Program-made: the position numbers and the translations under genes
Assembly: GCA_007118135.1 (NCBI GenBank)
Contig: SKSE01000023.1
Coordinates: forward strand, 1-41,835
DNA from: Bacteroidales bacterium
Lineage (GTDB): Bacteria; Bacteroidota; Bacteroidia; Bacteroidales; UBA7960
Length of the DNA stretch: 41,835 nt
Reading direction: 5' to 3'
Notes under the pieces: generated by a model
Seen by the model: only the letters and a program-made list of their open reading frames with translations
Told to the model about the DNA's origin: nothing
Database searches by the model: none
In this document: positions 38,349 to 41,835 of the stretch, one piece after another
Layout: each line of letters begins with the position of its first letter
Position numbering within the stretch: the stretch's first letter is position 1

Positions 38349-38717
38349 TCAAAACCCCAACTCCTGAAGAGTTTTCTTAAGTTTCTCAATGGTAACGGGT
38401 TTGCTGATAAATCCGCTAAAACCATATGTGTCAAGATTTACAGCATAATCAGCCGGGTCATGCGCTGTAATAGCTATAATCGGTATATTACTTTTCTTGG
38501 TGTCAGTCATTTTTTTACGTATAAACAAGGTAGTTTCCAAACCATTTCTTACCGGCATCTCAATATCCATAAGTATAAAAGCGTAATCATTCTGTTTAAG
38601 CTTATCAATGGCATCATCTCCGTTTACAGCTTCATCGTATTTATACCCTAAAGCTTTTAAAACCAAGCCAATCTGAACCCGGCTTGTGAATAAATCATCT
38701 GCTACTAAAACTATCAT
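38349..38717 (-). CDS. Single-domain response regulator (REC)
   Basis: VADD, ILMDIEMPVRNG, ITAH, ISKP. Confidence 0.93.
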   Translation of the reverse strand: MIVLVADDLFTSRVQIGLVLKALGYKYDEAVNGDDAIDKLKQNDYAFILMDIEMPVRNGLETTLFIRKKMTDTKKSNIPIIAITAHDPADYAVNLDTYGFSGFISKPVTIEKLKKTLQELGF

Positions 38718-39064
38718 TCTTTTAAGACAATCCTAAATATTAAACACAAAACTATCAGACTTACAAAATATAAATCATTACACATGGTCATTATCTGAAT
38801 CATTATTTTGAAATAACCAGGAATTTATATCAATTCATGATGTAATGAGATGTAAAGGTATTTAAAAAAAATTAAACCTGATATTTCTTAGTTTGATTTT
38901 TAGATCAGAGTAACCCTGAAGTTTTCCGAAATAAATTCGCGTAATTCTACGGTTTTTAATGGATACATGCCTGATTATTTTTATCCATCATTAATAAAAT
39001 AGTGTTGAAAAGCAGGGTTAAAAGATAATCCAATGTTTTTTTCAGGAATAAAAAACTGTTAAAT

Positions 39065-40786
39065 ATGAGTTTCCTCGACAATCAGTATAGTAAAAAGAAA
39101 GGTAATCTTAGTGACCAGATTCAGGTTTTAAATTCTTGTATCGACCTTAAAATTAGTAATTTGAATCAGGCTTCATTTGATTGTTTTTTTCTCATTAACA
39201 ATGTTATGAAGCAAAACCGTAATAATGCCATTGAGGCTATGAATATGGTTACAGAATTGTTTGAACTGGCTGGTGAAAAGGGAAATCCCATTGTATTGAA
39301 AAAGATAAAAGATCAGGTTCCTCTTATCCAGGAAAATTTAAAAGGATTGGCAGATGAGATTAATAATTCATTATCTGCTTTGGGTATTATAAAGTCAAAC
39401 CTCCAGCTTTTGCCTGATCCATTTAAAAATTTGGCTCAAAACCTTGGTGCATTAAATACGCTTCTTACTCAAATTAAACTTACCAATGTCTACAAAGATC
39501 GAAGCTTTAAAAGCTTTTCAGGTGAGGAAGCCTTGAAGATTACTGAAGCCATCAATAAGTTGAAAAACAGTTGCCCGGTTTTTGAAGAAAATGTCTATAA
39601 TATTGAGAATCATATTGATTCTCTTTATGCGGAACTAAATAAATTAAAGGATTTCTTCACAAATGATTTGCTGAATGATTTATCAGCTTTATCAAATGAA
39701 TTGGAAGAAATTGATGCAACTACTCAATATTTGCTAAAGAAAAGTAAACCTGTTAATCAGCTATTGGATGATTTTAATAAACAGGCAGCTGTTGTTGTTG
39801 AAAAAATTGATTACAGAAATATTATCAGAACCAGGTTAAATCATATTCAAAACACTCAAAAGCTTATGCTTCAGGAGCTGTTTACTAATTCGGATAATAA
39901 TTCGCATGATACTTTTGAAAATAATGATTGCGATGATGTGGCAAAAATTACCAGCACACAGATTGACCGACTTTTATATACCCATAAAGAGTACCGGGAG
40001 TCTGTTGACCGAATTATTTCAGTTATGGATCAAATGGGTTCGAAAATGCATGATATGGCTGAAACTTTGGCTGAAAATAATGATGCAAACTGGTATCTTT
40101 CCCGTCACGATAGATTGACTAGGTTATTTGATAGTCTTCATGAAAGCAAACAATCACAATTAAAAAGATATACTCAGGCAAGTAATGATATGGTTTTGAT
40201 TTATAAAATTATAAAGGAACTGTTTGAGAAGTTTAAAGATCTTGAAATGATAGAAAATGCCATCGAACAAAAAGTAGTTGATCGAATCAATTTTGGTAAT
40301 TTACTTATAAGTGAAGAGAAAGAAACAGCATCGTTGGCGCAGCAAATTCTTAAAGCTTACGCAGATAATCATTTTGAGAAAAATAAAATAAGGACATTGT
40401 TTTCTAATTCTATTGAAAACCTGAAAGAATTTATTGAAAATAAGTCTGTTTACTTGTATGGAAAAAAAGGAATAGAATGTATAAATCATATTTTTGAAAA
40501 CCTTGGAAGCCATATTAATGATGTATGCCAAAATTTGAACACTTTTGGAAATCATATTCTGGAAGTTACAGAAAAAAGTAAGCTAATTCAGGAGACCGGA
40601 TTGGAAAGCTTTGAAAAATTCAGGATTTATGATTTTTCGCAAAAAGATATCAATGAACTTATTGGTCAGTTAGAAGAAATAAACATGCTTGTAAAAACTC
40701 AAAAACCAGCAATGTTGCCGGAAAAAAGCAATTCAAACAGAAAAAAAGAGCTGCAAAGAGTTTACATACCGGCAAAATTTACCTGA
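39065..40786 (+). CDS. Helical coiled-coil protein, possibly a divergent MCP-like signalling protein
   Basis: 573-aa ORF, heptad-rich, no TM; KIDYRNIIRTRLNHIQ resembles the LQFxDIxRQxLEHI motif of cytoplasmic MCP-like proteins; function uncertain. Confidence 0.55.
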   Translation: MSFLDNQYSKKKGNLSDQIQVLNSCIDLKISNLNQASFDCFFLINNVMKQNRNNAIEAMNMVTELFELAGEKGNPIVLKKIKDQVPLIQENLKGLADEINNSLSALGIIKSNLQLLPDPFKNLAQNLGALNTLLTQIKLTNVYKDRSFKSFSGEEALKITEAINKLKNSCPVFEENVYNIENHIDSLYAELNKLKDFFTNDLLNDLSALSNELEEIDATTQYLLKKSKPVNQLLDDFNKQAAVVVEKIDYRNIIRTRLNHIQNTQKLMLQELFTNSDNNSHDTFENNDCDDVAKITSTQIDRLLYTHKEYRESVDRIISVMDQMGSKMHDMAETLAENNDANWYLSRHDRLTRLFDSLHESKQSQLKRYTQASNDMVLIYKIIKELFEKFKDLEMIENAIEQKVVDRINFGNLLISEEKETASLAQQILKAYADNHFEKNKIRTLFSNSIENLKEFIENKSVYLYGKKGIECINHIFENLGSHINDVCQNLNTFGNHILEVTEKSKLIQETGLESFEKFRIYDFSQKDINELIGQLEEINMLVKTQKPAMLPEKSNSNRKKELQRVYIPAKFT

Positions 40787-40818
40787 TGAGTTCGGCAGGG
40801 TGCTAAAAATTATATGCC

Positions 40819-41136
40819 ATGGAAGATTTTAAATTCGTTTCGCAAATAAGTAATGATTCTCATGGATGTAGTATTCACATGATTTTTGAGGGAATGTTAA
40901 CATTGCAAAATGCACCCCTTATTAAAGATTCGCTCAAAGAACCTTCGCAGGAATATGATATTGTTGATTTAATTACCAAGGATGTAACCGGTATCGATGT
41001 TTCCTTTATTAAAATATTGAAATCTTTTAAAGAGCTACTTGAACAGAAAGGGAAAAAAGTAAACGTAAGAATGGATTTGCCCTATGATGTAAACAGAATA
41101 ATGTTAGAAACAGGAATTTCATTTCCAATACCATAA
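40819..41136 (+). CDS. STAS domain protein
   Basis: FEGMLTLQNAPLIKDSL...DVTGIDVSFIKILKSFK..L...GKKV STAS pattern. Confidence 0.8.
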   Translation: MEDFKFVSQISNDSHGCSIHMIFEGMLTLQNAPLIKDSLKEPSQEYDIVDLITKDVTGIDVSFIKILKSFKELLEQKGKKVNVRMDLPYDVNRIMLETGISFPIP

Positions 41137-41185
41137 TATTGGAAAATGATGTTATTTTTGTAAACCAAATGATCTGGAATAGAAT

Positions 41186-41563
41186 ATGAGATTATACTCA
41201 AATATAAACATGCTTGATCAGGAAATGCTCAAGATGCTTAGCGATTGCGCTGATGGTAATTGTGAATTAATCAATGATATATTTGATTCTTTTTCACCGG
41301 AGGCAGAAGAATTATTAGAAACAATCCAAACATCTTTAGAAAAAAAGAATTTTGAAAATCTCAGAAAATCAACACATGCTCTCGCAGGTATCTGCGGCTC
41401 TGTTGGTGCTGCCCGTATGCAGCAAATTGCATCTGATGTTGAAAATTTAATTAAAGCAGGAGAATTAGACAATGCAGCCAGGATTGCCGCTGAACTATCT
41501 GGTAATTATGAATTGTTAAAAAAAGAAATTCATGAATACCAGGAGTCTTTGGGGCAGTATTAA
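41186..41563 (+). CDS. Stand-alone Hpt phosphotransfer protein
   Basis: LRKSTHALAGICGSVGAARMQQIASDVE, HxLxG Hpt motif. Confidence 0.88.
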   Translation: MRLYSNINMLDQEMLKMLSDCADGNCELINDIFDSFSPEAEELLETIQTSLEKKNFENLRKSTHALAGICGSVGAARMQQIASDVENLIKAGELDNAARIAAELSGNYELLKKEIHEYQESLGQY

Positions 41564-41589
41564 GCAGCTATATAATACCTGAAAAATAA

Positions 41590-41835
41590 TTAAAGAAACG
41601 GGTGAAAATCCCTGGTGAGTTCTTTATACTCCGGAGAAAATTCATGCCGTTTTTTGTTTTCAATACTAAGTACTTCCGAATTAACTTCACTTACAGGCTT
41701 TTGGGAATAAACTGAAATCAGTCTTACCGGATTATGATCAGGTGTAGGCTTTATAATCAGGTATCTTATGGGGAAAAGCTTAACTGATTGAGCAAAATAA
41801 TCATTTTGTTCTTTTGCAGAAAAAGGAAAAATTGT
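41590..41835 (-). CDS. tRNA1(Val) adenine(37)-N6-methyltransferase-like protein, 3' fragment (truncated by window edge)
   Basis: Manual translation ...LFPIRYLIIKPTPDHNPVRLISVYS...EVLSIENKKRHEFSPEYKELTRDFHPFL*, resembling the YfiC/TrmN C-terminus. Confidence 0.75.
   Translation of the reverse strand, partial: TIFPFSAKEQNDYFAQSVKLFPIRYLIIKPTPDHNPVRLISVYSQKPVSEVNSEVLSIENKKRHEFSPEYKELTRDFHPFL

Overview
Chromosomal window from a member of the Bacteroidota, probably Bacteroidales-like. Support: TAnnTTTG -7 promoter motifs, hpt-adk-obgE synteny, a FeoA-FeoB fusion, a DUF349 protein and several lipoproteins. It is mostly housekeeping: a C5 tetrapyrrole operon hemA-C-D-B-L-E (minus strand; hemE runs off the left edge), hpt/adk/obgE/PAP2, a hybrid histidine kinase, RecQ, feoAB, dxs-zupT and small genes, a trans-sulfuration enzyme, DUF349, a LolC/E-like permease, a baeRF3/Balon-like protein, clpB and a DAACS transporter. 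Near the right end is a signalling cluster (REC, MCP-like coiled coil, STAS, Hpt), followed by a truncated tRNA methyltransferase. The most striking non-housekeeping structure is a ~443-bp cassette between hemB and hemL. It holds one DUF559 (Vsr-like endonuclease) gene bracketed by 31-bp, 29/31-identical GC-rich inverted repeats that are themselves hairpins, a candidate minimal nuclease-plus-REP-like mobile element. Nearby intergenic regions carry 7-mer and 8-mer tandem repeats and a degenerate REP-like doublet with a nested micro-hairpin insertion. No CRISPR array, rRNA, tRNA or classical transposase was seen. All family calls come from motif recognition by eye; no database search was run.
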